64,000 nucleotides of DNA from contig OX597815.1 in the NCBI GenBank assembly GCA_951406725.2, positions 209,808,001-209,872,000 on the forward strand, read 5' to 3'. The stretch is from Octopus vulgaris. Taxonomy: Eukaryota. The notes beneath the pieces were generated by a model. That model was not told where the DNA came from. It did no database searches and saw nothing but the letters and a program-made list of their open reading frames with translations. Both the position numbers and the translations under genes were made by a program. The first letter of the stretch is position 1, and each line of letters starts with the position of its first letter. Below, piece by piece: positions 25,681 through 39,222 of the stretch.

Positions 25681-26010
25681 GAAATACTAAAGATATGTCA
25701 TCTTAAAACGAGAACTGTTCCTGTTATTAAAGGTGCCCTATGTATGATAAAAATAAAGGGTTGTCAGGGACTTCTAGATAAATCCCCAGGAGAACCTATC
25801 TCAGAGAAATCCGAAAGATTGTCCTGACAAGTACTGCCCACATCTTTAGAAATACGCTATCCATTTAAATGTTTGTGTTCTTATTACTTGAAGATATTTC
25901 GCTACCCACCCCACAAGCTTTCAGTCGTACTATAACATCTCTTACCCTTCACTCACCCCAGGACGCTGGGTGTGTCTCCAACAAGTGACTGTAACAAGCA
26001 TGCAATTAAA
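25681..26010 (+). mobile_element. R4/Dong-like extreme 3' fragment
   Basis: EILKICHLKTRTVPVIKGALCMIK is paralogous to QIEKMWHLKMVTISVIVGALGMIK at the end of the 24590 ORF; flanked by (GAT)n and (AAT)n. Confidence 0.75.
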
Positions 26011-26028
26011 AGTAAAATAATAATAATA

Positions 26029-26086
<58 letters not shown>

Positions 26087-26352
26087 TTATGATTATGATG
26101 ATGATGATGATGATGATAAGCAACTCCATGGTAACTCCAATCTCCGTGAACTGCAAAAGATAACCATGATAGGTACTGCCCATATACTGCGGAATGCAAT
26201 CTCTATCTAAAACGAAATAAATGTGGTGATAATTTTAGCATGCGCAGCAAAATTAAAGTGCTCCTTGCTATTTCTTGGCCTCCGGAAGATGCCCGGTACT
26301 AAGGCAGCGGAAATAAAGTTATAATGAAGGCAAGCCATAAATAATAATGATG

Positions 26353-26434
<82 letters not shown>

Positions 26435-26489
26435 TAATAATAATTATTATTATTATTATCATCATCAATATTATTATTATTATTATTAT

Positions 26490-26970
26490 TATTGAGTGAG
26501 AGAGCAGTGCATGTCATCAAAATGACACTGGGGTAAAATATACGAAGCCCAATATACCTATCATGACTACCCGTCTGATAAGGGTACATACACCAGGCAC
26601 ATGCATCACAACCATATGTGCGCGACATGGTGATCTCATATCAAGATAAACAGCACATGACCTTGCAGGTGGGGCCCAGTTAGAATTTTCTTCAGGTCAA
26701 ATAACCCATCCTGCTCAAAAAGGTTGTTTAAGAATGTTGAACAAAACACCCATGTTTCCAAAGGTGAATTATCCAAACCTCCAAGAATCCCTCTCAACAC
26801 ATGGCTATGATGCTCCCCCACTACTTCTGCTCGTGATCAGAGATGCACATATCGTCAGCCACTAAGGGACATGGTCAACTGGTTAAGGTCAAACAACTGA
26901 CAAGCAAATCTGTGGTATTGAGCAGAATATTTGCTGTAGGCCATCTTTTATACCAAGACAAAACAAAACA
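26490..26970 (-). mobile_element. Non-coding repeat ending in (AAT)n on the minus strand, probably a non-autonomous or 3' UTR retro-insertion
   Basis: Complex ~480-bp sequence bounded by (ATT)n on both sides; no credible ORF; family not identified. Confidence 0.5.
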
Positions 26971-26986
26971 TTATTATTATTATTAT

Positions 26987-27222
26987 TCAGTATTTTTATT
27001 TTTATAGCGTGCTTTCACTTCACTACCGAGCGCAGTTCTGTGTGCCTTGGGTATGTGCTGTGATTTGTTGTGATGCTCTGATGGTTATTGTATGGAAAGT
27101 GTTCTGCGTAGGATGTGTGCAGTGCCCAGTAGTACAATTTTCTGTGTTATATGTGTTTGTAAGTCCTGGTGTTTTTGTTATATATTTATCTGAATATTTT
27201 TTTATCATGCCTAATTGTCCGA
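26987..27222 (-). mobile_element. R4/Dong-like extreme 3' fragment
   Basis: Minus strand LGMIKKYSDKYITKTPGL, then a frameshifted QKI.LLGTAHILR-type end, followed by an (AAT)n tail. Confidence 0.75.
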
Positions 27223-27249
27223 GGTGACAAGTGATATGAGTTGTCACTA

Positions 27250-28280
27250 TAAATAGGTAAGTACGAGACAGTATGAGGGAGTACGTAGTAGGCAGTATGG
27301 TGTGTTCGCTTTCGTGTCAGAGTCTGTTGTAACTTTATTATCTGAAGTTTATTGTTGAATTGCCATTGATCTTTTTTGCATGTTTTTCGTTTTGGGGTTA
27401 CCTTTGTTTTAAAAATTGTTTAAAAACTATTCGTGTCTTGCGACACATTGTTAGCCTTCACAAGCTTGTTTCTTGTTGGTTTCCCCGTTTAGTGGGATGA
27501 AACGTTTTCATCCTGTGTAGGATGTCCTACACAAAATTGATGACAACACATTTTACGAGCTCTGGCAGAGCAAGTATGAGGAGGACTACATAAGGGATTC
27601 CGGAGACAGTACGGATGATTATGCGGCGGCGACCCGAACAAGTATGAGACGTCACAACAGCAAGCCTGAGGCAGTCAAGAAGTTCCAGTAGACAATGTGA
27701 GACTAAATCCCCTCAGGGTGGTGATGGAAAGAATTAAGAGAAGAGCAATTGCTTATAGTACGCTAACTTTGAAGATCAGAAAGATAGAGAGAGAATCAAT
27801 AGGGGAAACTGAAAAGGCATTAAAACCTATTGTGTATAAATTGGTGTCGTGAAGCGCGGAAGAAAGTTTGGAACGGTGGAGACGCAATTTGTGGCTGAGA
27901 GCGATGCCAAGATGGACTCGGCGATTACCCTACAGACAAGTGGATTATCTTTTTTTACCGTCATATCTCGGCAAAAGAACGAGGGAAATAATGATAAATG
28001 GGTTCAAACTGGAAATCAGACAAATGTGGCTCCTGGCGGCAGCCTTCCTCAACATAAAAGAGTTGGAAAATATTGGAGTTGGAGGAAAAAAGTGCCCAGA
28101 ACTGGTGCGGCAGGGGCGTTAGAGCAACAATACAGGCCACACCAACATATATTGATAACATCTTAGAGTTCGTCAAGATACAAGAGTGAAGGTCGCTGTT
28201 CAGGGCGAAGTACCAAAATGCTTCAGGTGTTCGAAAAAGGGACGCATAAGAAAAATGTGTCCTCATGCACTGCTCTCTCA
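27250..28280 (+). pseudogene. Degraded 5' part (5' UTR + ORF1) of a Tx1-like LINE related to the element at 57 kb
   Basis: Frameshifted pieces EKALKPI, KRGRKFGTVETQF, FLPSYLGKRT, NWCG and VAVQGEVPKCFRCSKKGRIRKMCP align in order with ORF1 EKCLKPI, TWGRKYATIVVYF, LLPSYMGRRT, NWKG and VVVEGRKPRCYGCGEKGHIRAECP. Confidence 0.85.
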
Positions 28281-29373
28281 CTCAATAATAATAATAATAA
28301 CAATAATAATAATTTTCGCAAAAGGCCACGACAGAGGCCTCAGTAACTTTCCATAAAAGGCAAAACGAACGACGAGAAATGAACTGTATCGTCAGAAAGG
28401 GTATGAACGGCTTCATGAACATGTTTCGACTATTCAGTATCGGCAGATAGAGCGGTACACATGGATGTAGGGTCAAATTCTTGCTAAAAAGTATTGGTGA
28501 CGTGTCTGTAAGCTTTTCTAAAAGTTATATAAAGATTGGATATTACACTCCAAAGGAGCATGACCTCAGATGCTACAAACAACGCTGCTTAATTATAAGT
28601 GTTCTTCCTTACCTACTTGTTCTATCTAAAACAACTATGAACACTAATCGTATCAGCTAAAATATGTCTATTTTATACCGTTAATGCTTTAAATTATCAT
28701 ATACACAATGGCATTTATGTTTTTTGAATTATGGAAACGAATACTATCATTGTAGTCATAATCGAGTTAACACGAAGACTACGAGCCTAACTTCTCATTT
28801 TGTGTATCACCAATTATGATTTGATGACCACCACCAAAATAAACATCAATGCAGTCTGTAATATGTTTGATGCAAACTGTGTGAGAGTGGGATAAAAACA
28901 TTTATACTAGGCTGAAATTCGAATAACTAACTTCATAGTAACGGTCACGTCAGGAGCTTTAAATCTGAGTTTGTACGGAAGAGTTAACGGGAAAATGATT
29001 ATTTTTTTAAAATACAGTGTGGCTTTCTCTACACCAAAGATTTCTCCTTATCAGGAGATGCCAACGAAAAATAAAGTATAAAATAATCAGATCTGTATTA
29101 GAAGTTCTAGAACTAAATGGAAAACTAAATAATACTTGCGTTAGATAAAAATTCACTTATAAACAACATTTTCCTTATTGATTCTTTTCAGAATAACTCT
29201 CGAAATAAATACAGAAGAGATGAAGAAATTTCAAATAAGTCTATGTTGTTAAACTCTGAATAAAAAAAAAAACTTACAAAATACACAAAATAACAAAACT
29301 GGAGATTAGGGTGATAATGATGTAAATGCTGTTAAAGAAGCAGAACGGGAAATCTTGAGTAGTTAAGTAAAAT

Positions 29374-29436
<63 letters not shown>

Positions 29437-29489
29437 CATACATATATATATACATACATATATATATATATACATACATATATATATAT

Positions 29490-29560
<71 letters not shown>

Positions 29561-29561
29561 T

Positions 29562-29625
<64 letters not shown>

Positions 29626-30197
29626 ACATATGTATCCATATGACTTGTCAATACAACAAAATAGCTGCACATTGGGAAGATTAGCAGTGTAGATTAACAA
29701 CACAACTATTGCAAGATGTAGTTAATGCTAGAATTGTGTAATATCATTCAAGGTGTAGTAGTAAAAAAGAAATTTTTAAGATTTCTCTTTATAGCAGACA
29801 ACATACAATAGCGGGTATTTATCTATATATTTGGACTGCTTTACTGTAACAGCATAACAATAGTTGGCTATTCAACGCATTATGTTATTTCAAAATAACT
29901 ATGGAAATGGATATTTTTTCAAATGGTATATTGCATGTTACTCTACTCGTACTCGCAATGACTGTTTGCGTCTTCTTTTTTAGAATTATTCGATATCAAC
30001 ATCTCCCCGCATCATATATATATATATATATATATATATGTTTGAGATGCTGATCGATAGATAATCAATAGTAGATCGCAGAGAGACAAAATATAATTCA
30101 AATAGAAACATTTATAAGGCTATTTTTATGTTTCAGGTATAACGAATATTGCATATTTACATGTAATCTGAATACACACTTCCATTTTGCTTTGTTA

Positions 30198-30416
30198 TCA
30201 GATTTTTTGATGGACAATGTCAGGTATTCCACATGCCAAGCATTGGTTCACTGAATTTTGATGGTTAAATTCACAAGGAACTGTCTGTTCAACGCTGTCT
30301 ATCACAGGATATTTTCGTTTGAATTCATTGACTTTCTCGTCAACGAGTACAGTTTTTTGACGTCGTATAATTGTATATATTGAAGATATATAGAAATTCT
30401 CACGCACAGTTCCTAT
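30198..30416 (-). CDS. Candidate terminal coding exon of an unidentified host gene
   Basis: cattttgtag acceptor, then an open complex frame IGTVRENFYISSIYTIIRRQK...CLACGIPDIVHQKI*; no family recognised. Confidence 0.3.
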   Translation of the reverse strand: MGTVRENFYISSIYTIIRRQKTVLVDEKVNEFKRKYPVIDSVEQTVPCEFNHQNSVNQCLACGIPDIVHQKI

Positions 30417-30567
30417 CTACAAAATGATTTCAGTCACAAAGCATTACTCCAAACAATGGTATGATAAAACACAGTATCTCGGCATTATGTGCAGTAGAAT
30501 GCACGACGGATCACGTAGTAATGAAGTAAACTATCAAATCACACAGTTATAGTAAGCATATTTGGAG

Positions 30568-30800
30568 TGGAAGCGCATGGCTTAGTGTGTTACACTCACG
30601 ATCCTAAGATTTTGGGTTCGATTTCTGGACTAGTTTATGCGCTGTGTTCTTGAGTAAAACACTTCATTTCACGTTTCTCCAGTTCTTCAGCTGGCAAAAG
30701 TGAGTAATCCTGCGATGGATCGGTGCCCCATCTAGGAGGTGTTAAATACGCCACCGAATATAGAAAAACGGGATTAAGTGCTTATGCTAGAGAAGGGTAT
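30568..30800 (+). mobile_element. Degraded tRNA-derived SINE (CORE-like body)
   Basis: GCATGGCTTAGTG, GGGTTCGATTTCTGG, TGTGTTCTTGAGTAAAACACTTCATTTCAC and CCTGCGATGGA; related head at ~63570-63690. Confidence 0.6.
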
Positions 30801-33111
30801 TTAAACGCGTTTATTTTTTATTGAGTGAAGATATTTAATTCAGGGAGCATTATTTAGATAACTAAATATAATTCGGAGATAACAAATAACAGTTAGTAGA
30901 AGTGTATTGAGTATATCAATTATTTAATTTCTCAGTTACTCAGTAGCATATTTATCTACGTAGTTAGTAAAGAATCACTCTGGATTTGCCATGTCTGTGT
31001 GTGTGTGTGTATCTATATATATATATATGTGTGTGTGTGTGTATGTGTGTACATAATGTGCTAATATATGGATGTTTGTCGTGTTTGTATGTGGTGAGTA
31101 TATGTGTACGTGTGAAATTCTATATGTGTGTTCCATTTTTTATTGTGCGTTTTTATTATTTCTATGTCTCACTTCGGTTTTCATTACGACACACTCACAC
31201 ACATACACACACACAGCAGTAGCAACATAGATGTAGATAAAGAGTTATATTTTGGTGGTCGACAAGGTAAGTGAACGGAGTGTTCAAAGATTGATAAATA
31301 ACTTTTTGTCTGAGGTTTGTCTACAAAATTCACGAATGAACTCCACGAAAGCAAAGTTTAATGCAAGCTAGAATGAACTCTCATGGCGTCTATAAGGATT
31401 CCCATAGATCTTTACAGACGTCATTCAATACGTCTGTGTTGGAACGATTTGGCATGAGTTTCGATGATCGTTGTTTGTATTCCAGTTCTTCAATAAAAGG
31501 TAACGTGTCCATAAATTATAGTGTTAAGAAACTAAACATTCAAGAAAAAAGTACACACTTAAAATATTATTCAACCGGTAGACTTGACCTGTATTGTGTG
31601 ATGTACTTGGGTCGTTGAATTGCTGGTACAGTGTAGTCGGAAACGTCGGCACTCCTAATATCCCTTTCATAAAATGTGTCCTTGGAGGTTATGACCCAGG
31701 TATCATGCTGTGCATTTTAACTATTCAACATGCACTTTGGTAGAACAATCAGTGAGATATATATGACACGGCATTTTAAGGAGTCTAAGGCAAAATGATG
31801 AAAGGAAACATTGCATTTTAAAAGGTTTTAAAATAGAAAATGGGTAATTGGGTACATACTGTATAAAAAATATTGAATAGCATGGTTCTAGAATCAAGCG
31901 CATTTAATATATTAAAGATAGATTTATAGTCTAAATTTTCTTCTTTGTACAACATTGAATGGGTTAACTAGCAAACGTCTACGCAGTCATCCGTTCTGTA
32001 AGAAATAGCAGCCAAATTTCCGTTAAATCAAATCCCCACCGTATTATGTTGGGACAAATTACAGATAATGAAGTACTGCATACACCTAGCAAAAAGTCTA
32101 GATTTTCATGGATTAATTGTACTTAACCAAAGGATTGCTCGACCAAGTCTGACCGAGGATTAAAACAGAAATAACAACAACAAAATAATAGGATAAATAT
32201 TTTCTCTCTCAATATTATACAATTAAGACTTTCTCAAATAAAAAGAAAAACATCTCTAGCAGAAAACTGATATAAAAATTTCTAGTGGACCGTATAGAAT
32301 GAATCAAAAGATATTCTTAAAGAACTTGCCTCACCAAATTTTCTTTTAACTTTCAGACTAAATGAACCCCAAAATGCAACTCTTGTCTCTCTTCAGTGAT
32401 ATAATAAATTGAAAGATGATTAGGAAAATAATATCAAAACTAAAATAAGGAGCTAATATATTAAACGTAGTGAATTCAAACAAAAATCGTTATTCTTATT
32501 ATCGTGATTAATATCTTCTCATTGCGAGTGCAAATTTCTTCGATAAAAATATCTCTTTCATTAACTACATTTGATATGTTAGCTCGCATTTAACTACGCG
32601 TTCTTTATGCAAAGAAGGCACTCTTATGAATCTTTTTCTGCTATTTAAGAAGGGAGCTGTCTGATTGGAATGCAAAACACTTAACGACTGAAACACATAC
32701 TGAGATATTAGGAGACGGAGTATTTACTTGGTTGCTCGACTTCTACAAACAGCAACCATTTCTTTTCTCTATTCACAAAGAAGGACATTAGAGTACATGA
32801 TCCTCAGTACCCCCACCAAAACAAAACAAAAAAACCTAGAACGGTTAGCGGATAATCTTTTGAGCATAAGCCTGTTCAAAGAAAACTGAGTCGCAGCGGT
32901 ATTTACAGTGGACTATACGGGTCATAAACAAGAGGTATACACTTCGTATTTGGTCACGGTGAAATTTGTATATTTAGAAATTATGGTTTGCTTATTGATC
33001 ACGTTATAAAAATTGCTTTCTTTTTACTCTCGACACATAGCTGATGTATTGAAAAAAATCAATAAAGATGTTTAAGAAAGTACAAATATAACTTTGTGTT
33101 GCTTAGCTTAC

Positions 33112-33259
33112 AATAAAAGGATGAAGGAGAGGTCGATTGCATTGAGTGTAGATTAGCAAAAAAATCAATGAAGACAAACGGAAATTCCATCAAAATGTTA
33201 GAGATCTTGGTTCTGTTAGCAAGTCCAAACATTATTTGAAGAACAAATTTAAGCATCAC
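33112..33259 (-). CDS. Candidate internal coding exon (148 nt)
   Basis: ctaac..catcag acceptor, gtaagc donor, single open frame VMLKFVLQIMFGLANRTKISNILMEFPFVFIDFF...SSFY. Confidence 0.3.
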
Positions 33260-34059
33260 CTGATGAAGTTAGTTTAAGAACGTTTGTGTCATACCAATTG
33301 AAAAAAACTATACTGCACCTATTTGGTCTTCGCAATTCATATTAAACTAGATGCCCTCAGATTGTTGACGGATAGTTTCTGTATTTGCAAAACTTCTATA
33401 TACAAAACTGTATCTTGTAAAGGACGTTGATTTTTTCTGAAACTATTTGCCTTACCAAGAGAACCTATTAAACGAGAACGAGATGAAGCGTCTGAAGAGC
33501 TGTTTTACAAAGCGATAGGTTTTCCATGTAAATTACTATGTAAATTTTCGTTAGATACAGCATGCATTTTAAATTTGTCAAACGTCCCCACTTGGACAAA
33601 TCATTTATAATCAACTGAGACATTACACTTAAAATTTTCAATGAGATTAGTTCAGGTGATGATGATGAAATATGAAGTAAAAAGAAAATAATTTCATAAC
33701 TAGAATGAAAACGTCGTGCCAGATATTTAACATGGGCATTCGTATCGTGTAGCGATGGCTTTTAGGGTCTTAAACTTAATCATGAGGTATAGAGCATGCA
33801 CATGTTAGAAGTTTCAACAATTAATTCTATTGAAGCTAATGTTTTTAATGATATTATTTCATAGTGATTTTGTAATAATGAGAAACTAATTTTGCTTTAC
33901 TACTCAAGGAAGTATGGTGAATATATATCGACAATAATTTCGATGGACTATTTATGCTATGGGATCCACTAGGCAACGTATAACCGTTCAAGTATTCATT
34001 AAGTGGACCAAATTTTAAAAAATAACGCAGTGTAAAATTAAGTGTTTACCAATTTTTTT

Positions 34060-34300
34060 TCTACTTAAGTTCTATGTTCAAGTCTGTGAATGAATTAAAT
34101 CAAATTCTCCAAGGACAATATTCTGATCTTGTGGAAAGTTGTCAAAAAGAAAAAAAATTAATGGCTCTGTGAATAAATTGCTTTACTGGCAGAAGCAATT
34201 TGCAGACTTTTAAAAAAGCAATTCATTAGAGAATTGTATTTAAGACTGCTGAGAATATACGAATGGCTTGATTCAAAATTTCAAAATCCAATTTTCAGGC
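34060..34300 (+). pseudogene. Possible hAT transposase relic
   Basis: SVNELNQILQGQYSDLVESCQK and KLLYWQKQF resemble the NELN..LQG...KL.LW segment of hAT transposases; heavily degraded. Confidence 0.35.
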
Positions 34301-34908
34301 GTTCTATGTATGAAAATACATTACGGTTTTTTTCTTTTGCATTCTATTATTGATCTATCGACCAAATGATGGCAGCGACCCATAAATGTGGAGTAACTAT
34401 GGGATCATAAAAAATATGCAACATGTGAGAACAACTAAAAATTTAAGGAGTATTGAAATTTATACTAATTGCTGACACAAACCAATAAATTTTTAAGTTG
34501 GTTAAATGATCCACAATCTTCCTTTCTAAACGCGTGCCTTAGTGATGGGGAGATTTTTTTTTTTTAGTGCCAGAGATATATTCAAAACAAAAAAATATAC
34601 TAAGTGTTAATAAAGTTGAGACAATCAGATCGAAATTAATCAATCATTGAAAATCAATTATGAATTATTGAATGCAGAGAAAGCTTGAAAAGATTTATAT
34701 GTGAAGAACGATATTTGATTATCTGTAGTCGACTTTGACTAGACGTCGGGTCGAGAAAAAAAATATTGTTTGGAATAAGAGAAAAATGATAGTGATGTCA
34801 CAGGGCTAAGTAATTGGTAAGCTGAGTTTATGACATTAGCAGACACTACAAACCTGACAACTACTACTAAACACCACTGCCACCACTATAACTATCCACT
34901 CCGCCCCG

Positions 34909-34970
<62 letters not shown>

Positions 34971-35035
34971 AACTAGTAGTACTAGTACTACTACTACTGC
35001 TAGTTGTAGTAGTTGCAGTCAAGGTAGTAGTTGCA

Positions 35036-35490
35036 GGAATTTGAACTCAGAACGTAAAGACAGACGAAATACCTATTTCTTTACTATCCACAAGGGGCTA
35101 AACACAGAGAGGACAAACAAGGACGAACAAACGGATTAAGTCGATTATATCGACCCCAGTACGTAACTGGTACTTATTTAATCGACCCCGGAAGGATGAA
35201 GGGCAAAGTCGACCACGGCGGAATTTGAACTCAGAACGTTGCGGCAGACGAAATACCTGTTTCTTTATTACCCACAAGGAGCTAAACATAGAGGGGACAA
35301 ACAAGGACAGACAAACGGATTAAGTCGTTTACATCGACTCCAGTGCGTAACTGGTGCTTAATTTATTGACGCCGAAAGGATGAAAGGCAACGTCGACCTC
35401 AGCGGAATTTAAACTCAGAGCGTAGCAGCAGACAAAATACCGCTAAGCATTTAGCCCGGCGTGCTAACGTTTCTGCCAGCTCAATGCCTT
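35036..35490 (-). mobile_element. SINE family B multimer (head + ~2.3 units)
   Basis: Single head at 35440-35490; GACGAAATACCT[A/G]TTTCTTTA junctions at ~35063 and ~35247. Confidence 0.9.
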
Positions 35491-36599
35491 CAATGCATAT
35501 AGGTATTAATACGGGGAGGACCGTGAAAGAAATGTGGTTTCGGAGGAAGAAGAGACGAAAGTATAGAAGAAAAGATGGAGAAATTGATAGTGTGTGTTAG
35601 TGCCGAGTACTTTGAATATTAGAAGTGATAGAAAAATGCGTGGAGAGAAAACTAATTATATTTAATCATGATGTTCCAAAGACTGTTTTAGGTTGGTGGT
35701 ATACTGAATAATTTTAACTAGAGAAAGGATAGTTCGGTGCAAAGAACTGAAAGGTAAAGAAAACAGAAAAGTACTAAACGAATGAATAGTGATGGGAAAT
35801 TGAAGATGATAACCAACATGAATATTTTGCGATGGAATGCATATCTCTACATTTAAACACAATACGTAATTGTTCAAAATTTTCCTGCCAGGATATAAGC
35901 ACATGTTGCAGAGACTTACAGGTGCATATCTATAGATACACACATATAAAACACACACACACACACACACGCACATACGCACAGAGACAGCGACACACAC
36001 ATATGCATATATATATATATATATATATCCCGTTAAATCAGTTAATATGGATCATAAATTCAAACTCACGCACACATATAGCCTAATGAGGTGCGCTACC
36101 ATTTTCCTATACACTTCAACTTGTAGAAAATGAAATTCGTGACATTTTCACAAAAGTATATATATTATCTCTATTTACGGAATTGTCTAACAAATATATG
36201 CACATACACGTGCGCGAGCATATCTGTTAAAATTTGTGTTGTGTGAAAGAGATTAACTACACCAATATGAACAAGCTATGTGGTAGTAGCAGCAGTACTA
36301 AATATGTGGTGCGGTTCGCACTATGACACGGACCAGCACCGAGTAAGACAGTGGAAGCATTTAAAGGTAAAATATACATGTCCTTTGACAAATCAAAACA
36401 TTTGCATTACAAAATCGATAGCTTCTATTACATAATACTTATCTCTTACTACAGAATCACAAATTATGGCAAGTTTTGAAACCTCTACAATTTCATTCAC
36501 AAGGAAGAGAATCGGACGGTAATTTGTAGGGTGATGCCTGTGACAGTCTTGTTTCTGCTCTAAATCTATCTAGTTAGAAGTAATTATGATAACGGGATG

Positions 36600-36800
36600 T
36601 AAGGCGGCGAGGTGGCAGAATGCTTGGTGGCATTTCATCTGTCGTTACTTTCCTAAGCTCCAATGCAACCGAGGTCGACTTTGGCTTTCATTCTTTCGGG
36701 GTCGAGGAATTAAGTAACAGTTGAGCGCTGGTGTCAGTGTAATCGAATGTCACCCCCCCAAAAAATTTCAGGTCTTGTACCTATAATGGAAAGGGTTATT
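36600..36800 (+). mobile_element. SINE family B monomer with the alternative CCCCAAAATTTCAGG tail
   Basis: AAGGCGGCGAGGTGGCAGAA head, CCGAGGTCGACTTTGG body, tail CCCCAAAAAATTTCAGGTCTTGTACCTATAATGGAAAGGGTTATTAT. Confidence 0.8.
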
Positions 36801-37274
36801 ATAACAAGATGTGAGGAGTCATCTCTTTAAATACCTAAGTTGCTGGGGATCAATTTTTTGGGGTTGCATCTAGTTTGTATGATGATATTTAGTTACACGT
36901 TTCAGCTCCATTAAAGAACCTCTTTAGAATGTAAGATAGTTGGGGTTTTTTTGCCATAAAGTTTTAACTCAAAACCTTTTGTCAAAGAATGAAAGTGAAT
37001 TTCACATGTGATGACCACGTCAGTAGCTACGTTGTTCATTGTAGCAAATCCAATGCTAGAATTTAAATTTTCATTTTGAAAAAGAAATTTGCAGACATGA
37101 CTGTGTGGTTAAGGGTTAAGGTTTTTGATTCAGTTCCACTTCTATTATAACTGCAGGCCCAAAAATTCCCTTGCGCTTGAAGAGAGAAGGAGGGAAACCG
37201 TGTGGAAGCCTGTCGATATCTATTTATCTATCTATCTATATGTATATATATCTATTTATCTATCTATCTATCTA

Positions 37275-37365
<91 letters not shown>

Positions 37366-37919
37366 AGGCTCTTGAACAGACAGAACACAACAAAGAGAAA
37401 AAGTTAGACGAAAGCAGAGTAAACGGGAAACTAGACGAAATCTTAATAGACAAAGACACGATGCATGGAATATTCGCAGCTGAGGTTTCCTCGTCAGTCA
37501 ATGAACCAAAATATCACCGTTGTTTCGCGCCATGATCATTGAGACCAATCAATCTTGGAGGCGCCGTTGATGTTATTAAGCTACTAGGGATAAGCTAGTG
37601 AATGTATACTGAGACAGAAACAAACAAGACATTGTATAAATACAAAAGACGAAGAATTATGCATATATAAGTATACGAAGCCTTACGGCTATATACAACG
37701 GACGAAAAACTATAGAAATACAAATACAACAGAAAGAGCTTTGCAGCCCACACATATGCGTATGTATGTGCGTACAAGGAATTGATTTGAAAAGCCCACT
37801 CGATTGGGAGAAAGCGCTAATCCGAATGATATGATCTGAATGATATGATATATATGTAAAAAATGTAATATATAAATAAATATCTATAAATATGAACCAT
37901 CCGATCTGATTGCCTCATT

Positions 37920-37969
<50 letters not shown>

Positions 37970-38917
37970 CGCTGAAGATTGTATGTGTGCGTATGTCTTT
38001 GTGTTTGTGTCTCGACCATACCGCTTGCCAATTGATATTAATTCGTTTATCATCAAGAAGTTTAGGATATATACCATACCTTGAAAAGTTAGCGCTGCAG
38101 TCGTTTTGGTCACCTTAGTCTGTCAAAATAACGTCCAAACGTGATCGCTGTCCAATGACTGAAGCACATACGAGATAAAAGACAATTGAACAGTAGAAAA
38201 CTACAGTATCAAATTGTGTAAGATTTCAGATACGTTTATCTCATATGTTATTGAGCTACATAACGAAGAGAGTGGTAATATTCTAGAATGGAAGGTTGGT
38301 TATTTGAATAAAACAAGGGTTGACTGAATAACATATTTTTTTCATTGATCTTAACTAACTTGCGTTTAGCGCGTTAATTAGCCGGCATATATAGCATCTT
38401 AAGTCCATTAATGTGATAATATACTGTTGGAATTGTTTGGTGGAAGAGTGTTTGTCGAACTGCTATATAGTAGTCCAACAAACGCACTTTGCCACCAAAC
38501 AACATGAATCTACCAACTGCCACAAAATTCAAACCAAGACGGACGGATGGGATGGCCTTTAAGTCGAAGATTTTAAACTAACGGAGACAACACTTGAATA
38601 TCAACTGAGAAAACACAACTAAATCTCATTATGCAAAATAAACAGTTGCATAATAAAATACTTTTTCGTTTGGAGAACCCCAGTGGCTGGAAACAATTAT
38701 AGTGACTAAAAAATAACTATCCAACCTTGTGTCTGGTTGACTCCAATTTCTTCCATTTTATATCACACGACAAATTCCCAGACATAAACATGGAAGTATA
38801 TAGTAATGCTACCCGATAGTATTGGGTAATTCTGAGTGTGGACGAGCTTTATACTGTACTCTGCCACGTTCTTAACGGAATAATATACCATAATTAGATA
38901 TATGAATATAGCGTAAC

Positions 38918-39015
<98 letters not shown>

Positions 39016-39019
39016 CATC

Positions 39020-39222
39020 TATCTTCCTTTTTTTATTTTTATTTTCCTTTTTTTCTTCTCCACCCCCTTTTACGATCCCTTTTGATCGAAAACCTACGCC
39101 ACTTTTTTTGTTTCTTTTGTTTTTTTGTTTTCTTTTTGTTTTTTCTTCATCCCACAAAAGAAAAGCTCTACCTTGTAATTTGTCCCATCTGTGTGCAGCC
39201 CTGTGTGGCCAATAAAGAAACT
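39020..39222 (+). mobile_element. 5'-truncated 3' UTR fragment of a Tx1-like LINE in a (CTAT)n tract
   Basis: ATCCCACAAA...TTGT...GCCCTGTGTGGCCAATAAAGAAA resembles the 3' end of the 57-62 kb LINE; 16-bp TSD TATCTATCTTTC[C/T]ATC at 39004-39019 and 39223-39238. Confidence 0.7.

Noticed and set aside
33255-33292. CTGATGA..GAACGTT hammerhead-like string
   Set aside because: No stem II and an incomplete GAAA box; coincides with a candidate splice acceptor on the other strand.
37470-37545. Minus-strand CTGACGA and GAAAC motifs
   Set aside because: Order and spacing do not give a valid stem I/III; cannot be folded into a hammerhead.
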